The translations under genes were made by a program, and so were the position numbers. This document shows positions 55,668 through 64,000 of a stretch of DNA of 64,000 nucleotides, in pieces. The DNA comes from Candidatus Berkelbacteria bacterium RIFCSPLOWO2_01_FULL_50_28 (lineage in GTDB: Bacteria > Patescibacteriota > UBA1384 > 2-12-FULL-50-11), in assembly GCA_001774395.1 (NCBI GenBank), contig MEZX01000003.1:9903-73902 (forward strand), read 5' to 3'. The notes beneath the pieces are model-generated. The model was given only the letters and a program-made list of their open reading frames with translations. It had not been told where the DNA came from and ran no database searches. The stretch's first letter is position 1. Each line of letters begins with the position of its first letter.

Positions 55668-57263
55668 ATGAGGAGACTCTTAATACTGTTCCCGTTCGCT
55701 ATTCTAGGGGCGCTCCTCTTTTCTGGCCCGGCGTACGCCGGAGACACGCCGGTAATAGATTTACGGGTTGAAATCGAGCTCCAAGCCAGTGGGTACGTCA
55801 ACGTTAACCAATCGCTGAGCTATTCAGCAGAGACCCCGCTCAACTGGAAGATCTTCTCACACGCCCGAGACGTTTCTGTCGTTGCCGACACAAAAGAGTT
55901 GGGACGCGCCGACTGGAAGCTCTCAAGTAAAAATGGGGCAAATGAGTTGACCACCACAGAAAGCTCTTCCCAGTGGACAGTTCGCTACTCGGTAAGCTCC
56001 AACCTCATCCGTCAGCAAGATCGCGATCAGTTTTTTCTGAAAATCGTCGAAAATCCCGGAGTGCCAATCTACTCCAGCGAGATTCTTTTTCTCTTGCCAC
56101 CGGGGGTAACCAGCGAGTCACTGAGCGGTAACCTATACGCGATAGGCGGGGTAAGCGGAGCGACTTTCACCAAAATTGATGGGGGAAAGCTCCGTTACCA
56201 AACTGAGTTTGCGGGCCCGCAGGCGCTTCTTACAATCAACGCCAGTTGGCCCAAGTCAGTTCTTAAGCTCAGCCTCTTTCAGGAGCTCCGTCTGGGCTGG
56301 CTTAACCTTGATTTCTTGCCGTGGATTATCCTTGGCTTAGCGCTGCCTCTGGCGAGCCTGATTCTCTTGGCCCGCTTATTCATCAAACAAAGGCGAGACG
56401 AGACAACCCCGCCTAGTTTGCCAACGACCGACAGCCCCCCCAGCGCCCTGTCACCGGTTATTGTTGGGGTGTTAATTCATAAGAAAATCTACCCCGAAGT
56501 AATCGCCAGCTTACTCGTGGATTTCTGCGTCCGCGGCTACGCCGTTATCGTCAGAAAGGGAGGCGAGTACTACCTCGGTCGCCGCAAAGCCGCTGACAGC
56601 CGCCTGGAAGATTGGGAGAGCCACATTTTTGATGAGTTATTTCCGACGCTCCAACTAACAACTTCCAGCGACGACTTGAGGCAGCTCAATAAGCAAACGC
56701 TCTTCAGCCCGCGGATTCGCGCTGCTTTTTCCCAGATCTATCAGGTAATCACGGAAAAACAGTTTTTCGCCGAAAATCCGCACGTTACCCGAGTACGTTA
56801 CAAGCTTTTGGCCTTGGGTTTCTATTTTGCCGCTCTAATTGGCCTGGCGTGGGTCGCCGTAACCGACGCCTCGCCGTACTTGACCGTTCCCCTCGTTGGA
56901 ACGCTGATAGCTTCTTGGCTAATAATTAAGCTGACCCCCAAGCTCATCCGTTACACCGACTCCGGCAAACAGGCCCGGCTGGCATGGCTCTCGTTCGCTG
57001 GGTATTTGGGCACCAAGAACCGTTCGGGCATTGAGACGGCCCGAAATCAGACTTTCGAAAAATACTTGCCGTACGCCGTGGCCCTGCACAGCACCGAACC
57101 GTGGGCGGAGCGTTTTGCCCATTCAAGCACTGCCTTAATACAGCCCGACTGGCTGATCACATATCAAGACACCGCGCCGGAACAGCTCACTGAGGAAATT
57201 ACCAAATTTACCAAGGCCATTTCAAAAAAAATCGCCACGCTACGCGGACCGTTAGTAAACTAG
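55668..57263 (+). CDS. DUF2207 family membrane protein
   Basis: PP..LSP...G.L, W..F..YL, FEKYLPYAVAL...W..RF. Confidence 0.85.
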   Translation: MRRLLILFPFAILGALLFSGPAYAGDTPVIDLRVEIELQASGYVNVNQSLSYSAETPLNWKIFSHARDVSVVADTKELGRADWKLSSKNGANELTTTESSSQWTVRYSVSSNLIRQQDRDQFFLKIVENPGVPIYSSEILFLLPPGVTSESLSGNLYAIGGVSGATFTKIDGGKLRYQTEFAGPQALLTINASWPKSVLKLSLFQELRLGWLNLDFLPWIILGLALPLASLILLARLFIKQRRDETTPPSLPTTDSPPSALSPVIVGVLIHKKIYPEVIASLLVDFCVRGYAVIVRKGGEYYLGRRKAADSRLEDWESHIFDELFPTLQLTTSSDDLRQLNKQTLFSPRIRAAFSQIYQVITEKQFFAENPHVTRVRYKLLALGFYFAALIGLAWVAVTDASPYLTVPLVGTLIASWLIIKLTPKLIRYTDSGKQARLAWLSFAGYLGTKNRSGIETARNQTFEKYLPYAVALHSTEPWAERFAHSSTALIQPDWLITYQDTAPEQLTEEITKFTKAISKKIATLRGPLVN

Positions 57264-57799
57264 CGCGCCGGCAGCCGAAACAGCGGATTATTGCCTACCT
57301 TACCGATAATATACGAACGCGGCACCGCTCCCCAAGCCCGGGAGTCCGAGCTCACAAAACGATTGTCCCCTAGCACAAAATATTCGTTACTCGTCAGCCG
57401 TCGCTTTAGGTCCGGTCCGGTCGTGATGCTCTGATCAAGATAGTTTTCGTCCAGAGTCCAGCCATCAATCGCAACGCGTCCGCTTCTTATCTCCACTTTC
57501 TCGCCCGGCAGGGCGATGATTCTTTTGATGAACCGTTTTTCGGTTTCACCGGGAAAGTACATTGCAATGACGTCAAAACGCTCGGGAGGTTTCAGTCGGT
57601 AGCTTATTTTATCTATCAACAATACCTCGCCGTCGAAGTAATTCGGATCCATGCTTGTTCCGCGAACGACCAGGGCCGAGTAGAAAAAGTAGTGCGTTAA
57701 TAACCCCAGTACCAAAATAACGGTCGCCAGCTTGGAAAAATCATAGACCCAGCCCAGGCGCCAAAACAACTTCTCTGCGGTTTGAGGATGTAAATTCAC
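57260..57799 (-). CDS. lepB: Signal peptidase I
   Basis: G.SM.PN, IKRIIALPGE, FVLGDNR..SSDSR.WG. Confidence 0.95.
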   Translation of the reverse strand: MNLHPQTAEKLFWRLGWVYDFSKLATVILVLGLLTHYFFYSALVVRGTSMDPNYFDGEVLLIDKISYRLKPPERFDVIAMYFPGETEKRFIKRIIALPGEKVEIRSGRVAIDGWTLDENYLDQSITTGPDLKRRLTSNEYFVLGDNRFVSSDSRAWGAVPRSYIIGKVGNNPLFRLPAR

Positions 57800-59598
57800 A
57801 CTTTCAGTGTAGCAAAGAGCTCTCGCAACGGCTCGTCCTCAAGCGTCTCAACCTCAAGTAATTTCTTGGCAATAGCGTGAAGACCAGTAAGATGTTTTGT
57901 GAGCAATTTCTGCGCCTTCACCCATGCTGTGGTGATCATCTTGTGAATCTGGTCGTCAACTTGCGCAGCCAATTTTTCGGAGTAAATCTTGTGCGAGCCA
58001 AACTCCCTGCCCAAAAACACCATCTCCTCTCGCTCACCGAGTTTGATCGGGCCGATCTCGCTCATGCCGAATATCGTCACCATCTCGCGAGCGATTTTGG
58101 TCGCTCGTTCAAGATCGTTAGCGGCACCAGTTGTGATATCTTTGAAAATCAACTGCTCGGCCGCGCGGCCGGCAAGCAGTGCCACCAACTCTTGCTCAAA
58201 TTTTGACTTCGGAATAAGGTGACGCTCCTCCTGGGGCAGACTCAAAGTGTAACCCAAGGCCATCCCTCGCGAGACGATCGAAACCTTATGAACGTCGTCC
58301 AGTTCTGGTAGTAGGTGGCCGACAACCGCGTGGCCAGCTTCGTGGTAAGCCACAATCTCCCTTTCCCGTTTCTTCAAAAGATGACTGGTGCGCTCCGGGC
58401 CCAACATCGTCTTGTCGATCGAAGCGCGCAGATCGCGTTGCTCAATTTTCTTCCTATTTGCCCGCGCCGCCAGGATCGCCGCCTCGTTAACAACGTTACG
58501 CAAATCAGCGCCTGAAAGGCCTGGTGTGGACTTAGCTATCTCGCCAAACTCGACGGCTTTATCGATCGGCTTGTTTCGAGCATGGATTCGCAGGATTTCT
58601 GTGCGCTCCTCACGATCGGGTAAGTCAAGTACAACTTTGCGATCGAATCGGCCCGGACGCAGTAGGGCCGGGTCCAAAACGTCGGGGCGGTTCGTAGCAG
58701 CCAAAACAATTACATTGGCTTCGGTATCAAAACCGTCCATCTCCACTAGAATTTGATTTAGCGTCTGCTCACGTTCGTCGTGCGAGCCGCCCAAACCGGT
58801 GCCGCGCTGGCGTCCAACGGCGTCAAGCTCGTCAATAAAAATAACCGTTGGGGCGGATTTCTTGGCCTTGGTGAAAAGATCCCGCACTCGGCTAGCTCCA
58901 ACGCCGACAAACATCTCGACAAATTCCGAGGCCGAGATCGAGAAGAAGGGAACTCCGGCCTCACCGGCAACAGCTTTAGCAAGCAACGTTTTACCTACCC
59001 CAGCTGGCCCGACGAGTAGCACCCCGTGCGGGATCTCCGCCCCCAACGCTCGAAATTTGGCTGGATGCTTGAGAAACTCCACAATTTCCTCCAACTCTTG
59101 TTTGACGTGTTTTAGCCCCGCCACGTCTTTAAAGCTGACTGGCTTTTTACCGGCGTACATTCGCGCGGTGGTTTTGCCAAACGACATCGCCTGCATATTG
59201 CCGCTTCTGGCTTGTCGGGCGATAAAGAAAAGGAAAAGCCCGAGCAAGAGAAATGGCACGAAGATGGAAAGTACAGTTGTCCAAACTGCCCCCGAAGTTC
59301 CAGAACGAACGTTGATAATCACATGTTCCGGCGTAATGCCATAGTCTTTTAGCCCCTGGCTGGTTTCTTTTATAGCAACCTGCTTGGTACCGTCCTTGAG
59401 CGTAGCGGTAATTTTATCGCCATCAACCGTAACTTCTTTTACTTGTTTGGCCGCGACTTCATCAGCCAACTGTGAGATCGGTATTTCCTTTATGTCGCTT
59501 GAACGGGAAAAATTAAATAAACTCCAAAGAACCAACATCAAAAAGACGAAGGTTAGGACGGTAAAAGTTTGGCGCCAGAAGCGGTTTCGATTAGTCAT
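57796..59598 (-). CDS. ftsH: ATP-dependent zinc metalloprotease FtsH
   Basis: [40 protein letters not shown]. Confidence 0.98.
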   Translation of the reverse strand: MTNRNRFWRQTFTVLTFVFLMLVLWSLFNFSRSSDIKEIPISQLADEVAAKQVKEVTVDGDKITATLKDGTKQVAIKETSQGLKDYGITPEHVIINVRSGTSGAVWTTVLSIFVPFLLLGLFLFFIARQARSGNMQAMSFGKTTARMYAGKKPVSFKDVAGLKHVKQELEEIVEFLKHPAKFRALGAEIPHGVLLVGPAGVGKTLLAKAVAGEAGVPFFSISASEFVEMFVGVGASRVRDLFTKAKKSAPTVIFIDELDAVGRQRGTGLGGSHDEREQTLNQILVEMDGFDTEANVIVLAATNRPDVLDPALLRPGRFDRKVVLDLPDREERTEILRIHARNKPIDKAVEFGEIAKSTPGLSGADLRNVVNEAAILAARANRKKIEQRDLRASIDKTMLGPERTSHLLKKREREIVAYHEAGHAVVGHLLPELDDVHKVSIVSRGMALGYTLSLPQEERHLIPKSKFEQELVALLAGRAAEQLIFKDITTGAANDLERATKIAREMVTIFGMSEIGPIKLGEREEMVFLGREFGSHKIYSEKLAAQVDDQIHKMITTAWVKAQKLLTKHLTGLHAIAKKLLEVETLEDEPLRELFATLKV

Positions 59599-59730
59599 GG
59601 TAATTGACTAACACTACTTGCGATTTGTGATTCATGCTCCAAGTATTTTAGCTAAATTTGAACAATAATTCAAAGGCAACGCCGTCGGTCAACCTAGATT
59701 TTGCCGTTACGGTAAGATATAATCTTCCCT

Positions 59731-59803
59731 AGCGGGGTGGAGCAGTGGTCAGCTCGCGTGGCTCATAACCACGAGGTCGTTAGTTCGAATCTAACCCCCG
59801 CTA
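59731..59803 (+). tRNA. tRNA-Met(CAU), initiator-type body
   Basis: GCGGGGTGGAGCAG..AGCTCG 5' half typical of initiators; loop CTCATAA. Confidence 0.9.
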
Positions 59804-59810
59804 CAAAGAC

Positions 59811-59845
59811 AATAGTCCGCCGAAAAAGCGGGCTATTGTTTTTTA
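59811..59845 (+). terminator. Intrinsic terminator after tRNA-Met
   Basis: AATAGTCCGC..GCGGGCTATT then T run. Confidence 0.65.
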
Positions 59846-59889
59846 GCAGATAAAATGAAGGCCCGGCGCGTGCCGGACCTCTTTGTGGG

Positions 59890-60459
59890 CTATGAAGGCC
59901 CGATGAACATCGATCTGTCGATGAGTTGCAGCGATTCCCGGACTTTCTGGGTGATCGCTTGGCGACTCTCCAGCTCCCGAACGAGCTCGGGAGGAAGCTC
60001 GAACTTGATCTTGTAACCCGCGTAGGATGCGATGTAACGTTTGCCAGTCTCAAAGTGCCAACTCGCAACTCGCATCAACTCGCGCTCCACGGGGTGAAAA
60101 ACAAATCGCAATAGCTCGTAAGCCTCACACCCGCTTATGGTCCAGTGCGGTGAGTCCGTGATGCTACAAATCCGCCGTAAATCCGTTAAGGAGAATACCG
60201 GATGCACTGACAGCATATAGCGCCAACGCGGCGTTAGCCTAAGGTAGAACTTGCCCTTAGCACCGTTTTCCACCAGCGTGTAGGCGTAGCTCCACCTTCT
60301 GGTAAGCTTTCTCACCTCGTCATCGCTTAACTCCGAATATTCTTCGCTGGATACCTCCAGACACGGGTACTCTCCCCGAAGCTCGGTCGGCTTTGGCGTG
60401 CCGCTGTGCCAATGGTCAACAACGATATCTTTCACAATAGTAAGAATCAAAGCAGTCAC
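59890..60459 (-). CDS. Hypothetical protein
   Basis: AGGAGG SD and TTGATA-17-TACTAT promoter. Confidence 0.6.
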   Translation of the reverse strand: MTALILTIVKDIVVDHWHSGTPKPTELRGEYPCLEVSSEEYSELSDDEVRKLTRRWSYAYTLVENGAKGKFYLRLTPRWRYMLSVHPVFSLTDLRRICSITDSPHWTISGCEAYELLRFVFHPVERELMRVASWHFETGKRYIASYAGYKIKFELPPELVRELESRQAITQKVRESLQLIDRSMFIGPS

Positions 60460-60594
60460 CTCCTAAGAGGACTTACAAGCGATGCTTGCAGGGCAATAGT
60501 AGCGATTTTCTTTCAGTTTATCAAGTGGAATGGGGGATAATTTGCCCAAGCTACTTCATCAAATGGGTGATTATTGGTAAAATTAACAGGATTT

Positions 60595-60668
60595 GCCGGG
60601 GTAGCTCAGTTGGTTAGAGCACAACACTCATAAAGTTGAGGTCGCGAGTTCGATCCTCGCCCCCGGCA
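60595..60668 (+). tRNA. tRNA with CAU anticodon (elongator Met or Ile2)
   Basis: Cloverleaf; loop CTCATAA; 31-39 A-A mismatch. Confidence 0.88.
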
Positions 60669-61082
60669 CTACGAACCGAAAAAGTACTTCCACCACTTAG
60701 AAAGACTGCTCTCTGGTTTTTCCCTCACGGGGGCAGCGTCGTGATAGATCTGGTCGCTCACTATCGAACCAGAAGATGGTTCTTTTGGTAGCCCTTTGAC
60801 GAGAAGAACTTTTTCGTTGGTTTTTCTTAATCCTAAACGACGCCTGGCCTCAAGCTCTTTGTAGGTGGCCGTCTTGTAGTAATCGATCAGTAGCTCGAGT
60901 TTTTTCTTTTGGGTTTCCAGCTCGGCCGTTTTTTGTTTGGCCGAATCTAACCTGGAACCTATCTCGTGGTTGCGAATGATGAGCCTAGCGTTCGAATAAA
61001 CGGCAAAAACAAAGAAGACTGCCAGGGCTAAACGGGCTAAGTTGTGACGTAAGAATGCAGCCATCGGTAATAAGTCTAACAT
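60669..61082 (-). CDS. Septum formation initiator (FtsB/DivIC-like)
   Basis: TM, coiled coil, E.EARRRLGLRK..E.V. Confidence 0.8.
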   Translation of the reverse strand: MLDLLPMAAFLRHNLARLALAVFFVFAVYSNARLIIRNHEIGSRLDSAKQKTAELETQKKKLELLIDYYKTATYKELEARRRLGLRKTNEKVLLVKGLPKEPSSGSIVSDQIYHDAAPVREKPESSLSKWWKYFFGS

Positions 61083-61083
61083 A

Positions 61084-61114
61084 ACAAAAACGACCCCGTT
61101 GGGGTCGTTTTTGT
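61084..61114. terminator. Bidirectional terminator-like hairpin
   Basis: ACAAAAACGACCCC-GTT-GGGGTCGTTTTTGT. Confidence 0.75.
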
Positions 61115-61115
61115 T

Positions 61116-63317
61116 TTAACGTCGGCGCTTTCGGCGCCCGGAACGTTTTGCCGTTACCGGCTTAGTCCGTCCCCTCGTCTGGTCGAACGATTCTTCGGCC
61201 GTTGGCTGTAGTGAACGCGAAAGCGCGTAGAACGTCGCGGCGATCACCAACAACAGAACCACTACCACAAACACTCGCGGCCAGTCTTGACTGTTGGTCG
61301 CGTCAACCTTAGTCGGCTGAGGCTTGGCGGGATCTTCCGGAGAGGGCGTTTCCGCCGCGTGCGCTTTTGGTACCAACACAGCCTTTGCGGTTGCTGGAGG
61401 CGCTTCAATTACTTCCCTCGCGCCGTCAATCGCACTTGTCTGCGTTACCTGATGGCCGTTTACCCACCCGGCAGTAACGTTGACGCCTTCAACCAAAGCC
61501 AGAGTAAAGACATTACTCTTGGAGGCAGGGTTACCGTACTTATCGAAGGCATAAACCGCAAACTCGTACGTATGTCCGACCGGCAAGTCGAGCCGCACTG
61601 TCGTGGCTGTTAGGTCGAATGTTTTCGTTTCAATACCGCCCTCAGCGCGATAGCCAACCTGGTAATAAGCTGAGTCGGCTGAACCTAAGCCCCAACTAAT
61701 CGTTGTGCGACAGAATTGATTTGGACAGCTGGCTGCGATCTTTTGGAGCGTGGCTGAATTGGGCCCAACAGTATCGTTGAAGGCCTGCACCGCGCTACTT
61801 GAGTTATTACCAGCGTCAATTGCTTGAACGTTGACGACGCCGTACAGATTGTCGCCGATAGAGACCGCCGGAAAACTACCATCGGGGTTTGACGCCACCG
61901 AGCCAAGCAGTATCACTCCCGGATCGGCCGGATTGCGATCAAGGACGTTGATCGTCGAGGTTTCCGAAACTGCTCCGGAGAGCCCGTACACGGTATCAAC
62001 AGTCCCCGGTTTGTTCTGGTTCGTCTTTATCTTCGTCAGAATAAGAATCGGCGCCAAGTTGTCTAGCGCCTGGCCGTTAACTGGTCCGACCGGGGCAGAT
62101 TCAAGGCCGCTGAAGTCAATCGCCACAGCCTTAAACTCGTAAGTCGCTGGGACGTTATTCAAGCCGTTTACCACCGCGCTTGTTAACAGCGCGGTATTTA
62201 GCGGCGTCCAATCAACTTCGCCAACTTCGCGATAGTTAAGCTCGTAGTTAGTTACGTCTAAGGACACTGAGGCGTCCCAAGAAGCGTTTACGGCACCGCC
62301 GTTGTCGCTCGGCACGTCAGTTACAGCCAGGTTGGTGGGCGGCTGTGGAACAGCGATGTCTACCGTGAAGCCGTCGCTTGCGGCAACACTTCCCGTTAAA
62401 CCGGCTCCGTTTGTCGCGCGTACTAGACTGTAGTACTTCACGCCGCTTATAGCACTGAAGTTGAGTGTGGTTGCAGTGACCGAACCAACGTCGGTGAACC
62501 CGACCACATCTGCTGTACTCGTCGTCAGGCCAAGGCCGGCTTCATAGCGAGCTACTCCCGATTCTGGGTCAACGAACCCGCTCCAATTCATGCTGATACT
62601 GGTAAGGTTGTTGCTCCAGTCGATGTCTACACCGGTGCCGTCGTTAACGATACCGCCGAGCGGTGCAGTTACATCGCTATCGTTATTTGCCCTGGGCGAA
62701 GCGTTGTCGATCGCTCCCAAATCTAAATTGATTTGAGACGCCGAATCGTGCCAGCTTGTTTCAAGTAACCCATCAGTAATGACGATGTTGCGTTCCATCG
62801 CCTTCTTGATCGCTAGGTTACTGCCCTTGAGCGGACTACCGCCCGAGCCGTCACAACCAGCCTGATCGATCACGGTTGGTGGGTCAGTCGGGAACGGGTT
62901 TTGCAATTCCATATAGACACTCGACCCGGCTTGGCAGGTGTTACTAAGAGAAACACTGGTCGTAACCCAATCAGACGCAACATTGAGAACCGAATTCTCG
63001 TGATTCAAATCGTAGTTGCTGATCAGGAAATAGCCGTTCCCTTCGATACTGTTGCCAGCCGGAATTGTCAGAGTTCCATTACTGGGTGCAGCATGGGTCA
63101 ACTGCCAGCCAGACAAGTCAATCGCATCGCTGGTGGTGTTACGCAGTTCAATCCATTCGTCAGCTGTACTTGCCGCTGAGCCCATCCACATCACTTCATT
63201 TATCACTACTGTCTCGCCCGCCGCGTAAGCGCGCGAGATGTTCATCGTTTCGGCAATGATTGCTCCTTGCAGGACAAGCAAAAGTACCAAGAAACGAATG
63301 AATATTTTCTTAAACAT
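61116..63317 (-). CDS. Surface protein: lamin-tail domain plus FN3 repeats, C-terminal TM
   Basis: VVINEVMWMG..DEWIELRN..IDLSGWQL; PTNL.V FN3 motifs. Confidence 0.85.
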   Translation of the reverse strand: MFKKIFIRFLVLLLVLQGAIIAETMNISRAYAAGETVVINEVMWMGSAASTADEWIELRNTTSDAIDLSGWQLTHAAPSNGTLTIPAGNSIEGNGYFLISNYDLNHENSVLNVASDWVTTSVSLSNTCQAGSSVYMELQNPFPTDPPTVIDQAGCDGSGGSPLKGSNLAIKKAMERNIVITDGLLETSWHDSASQINLDLGAIDNASPRANNDSDVTAPLGGIVNDGTGVDIDWSNNLTSISMNWSGFVDPESGVARYEAGLGLTTSTADVVGFTDVGSVTATTLNFSAISGVKYYSLVRATNGAGLTGSVAASDGFTVDIAVPQPPTNLAVTDVPSDNGGAVNASWDASVSLDVTNYELNYREVGEVDWTPLNTALLTSAVVNGLNNVPATYEFKAVAIDFSGLESAPVGPVNGQALDNLAPILILTKIKTNQNKPGTVDTVYGLSGAVSETSTINVLDRNPADPGVILLGSVASNPDGSFPAVSIGDNLYGVVNVQAIDAGNNSSSAVQAFNDTVGPNSATLQKIAASCPNQFCRTTISWGLGSADSAYYQVGYRAEGGIETKTFDLTATTVRLDLPVGHTYEFAVYAFDKYGNPASKSNVFTLALVEGVNVTAGWVNGHQVTQTSAIDGAREVIEAPPATAKAVLVPKAHAAETPSPEDPAKPQPTKVDATNSQDWPRVFVVVVLLLVIAATFYALSRSLQPTAEESFDQTRGRTKPVTAKRSGRRKRRR

Positions 63318-63352
63318 ATTTCTCCTTCTAGTTGTTAAGGGACCAATCCCTC

Positions 63353-63420
63353 CAACCTTCAACAAGTTCAGGTTGACCCTGAGCCGAGTCGAAGGGTTTA
63401 TCCTGAGCCCTGTCGAAGGG
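63353..63420. repeat. REP-like palindromes
   Basis: CCTGAGCCGAGTCGAAGGG and CCTGAGCCCTGTCGAAGGG in tandem. Confidence 0.75.
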
Positions 63421-63503
63421 CAATACAACCCTAGAAGTTCACCCCTAAGACGTAGCCTTAAAATAGCGAATATCCGCTCCTTGTCAAACAGTTACCGGTA
63501 ATC

Positions 63504-63998
63504 CTACGTCGCCCTGGTCGAAAGAAAATTGAGGAAGTTCCGTACGGTCGTTATGAATTCCCCTGAGAGCTTATCGTAGCTGCTTTGAGCGAACGTGAAA
63601 TTAAGATAGATGGCCTGATTTTGGGTAGGAACAATTACCATCAGATGGTCCATTGTTGCGTTGTTGTTAACCGTTGTCTGCTGGTAGTGAACTTCAACGA
63701 CGTTGAATCCCGCCCGCCTAACAGTTTTGTTACTAATAAGCGTGAATCCTTTCAATTTTTGCGCCAACGAACCAGCGATGGTCTTGGAGAGAGTGCGAAT
63801 GTCAGACCCCTCGGTGAATGTTCCTTCCACAATCCGAACAAAGTACGAGGCGCTTGGGTTGGAGCGCGACGCAACCGCTATAATCCCGGCCTTGCTATCT
63901 GCCTTGGTGAGCTCTTGTTTCTTCCACGACTGTGGATAGCTACTGCTGATTGTCGTCAGGTGCTGATACGACTTCAGATTGGCCTTGGCCTTAACGTA
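63504..63998 (-). CDS. PsbP-like surface protein, 5' end outside window
   Basis: Frame open to the window edge; SYPQSW motif. Confidence 0.6.
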   Translation of the reverse strand, partial: YVKAKANLKSYQHLTTISSSYPQSWKKQELTKADSKAGIIAVASRSNPSASYFVRIVEGTFTEGSDIRTLSKTIAGSLAQKLKGFTLISNKTVRRAGFNVVEVHYQQTTVNNNATMDHLMVIVPTQNQAIYLNFTFAQSSYDKLSGEFITTVRNFLNFLSTRAT

Positions 63999-64000
63999 AC

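Noticed and set aside
63318-63428. N-terminal extension of the 770-aa ORF (PSTGLRINPSTRLRV)
   Set aside because: Read-through of REP-like repeats upstream of the likely start at 63317, which has an AGGAG SD.

Overview
Compact bacterial chromosome segment in the standard genetic code. The gene set and style (short or overlapping intergenic regions, TopIB, ComM, many single-TM surface proteins, 13 dispersed tRNAs, no biosynthetic pathways) suggest Patescibacteria/CPR; this is an inference. Housekeeping genes (typA, DEAD-box helicase, dnaJ-like, trxB, yvcK, miaA, comM, secG, rpsA, nrnA, rny, HU, lepA, murJ, lepB, ftsH, ftsB-like) alternate with single-gene accessory cassettes that carry their own promoter, Shine-Dalgarno and terminator. 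The best candidate for an undescribed system is at 10756-12326: a stand-alone retron-like reverse transcriptase (YLDD, variant LLTGAPASP) with its own promoter, no effector gene and no upstream msr-msd. It is followed on the same strand by a ~230-350 nt highly structured non-coding region with a closing stem, stacked hairpins, a cUUCGg loop and a short 9-nt-period repeat that could be a template. The unit sits between two diverged copies of the dnaJ 3' end. Other signals: hairpin leaders that copy the 5' end of two different tRNAs, integrase-free cassettes stacked behind tRNA-Arg 3' copies, a triple tRNA-Lys 3' repeat, a covarying ~180-215 nt structured repeat, a recurrent junction motif in the 2.3-5.1 kb cassette cluster, repeat-derived in-frame peptide insertions (LepA, Atl/MGMT), a cohesin-dockerin pair and an atypical initiator tRNA. 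All structures were folded by eye and all family calls come from motif recognition, not database searches.
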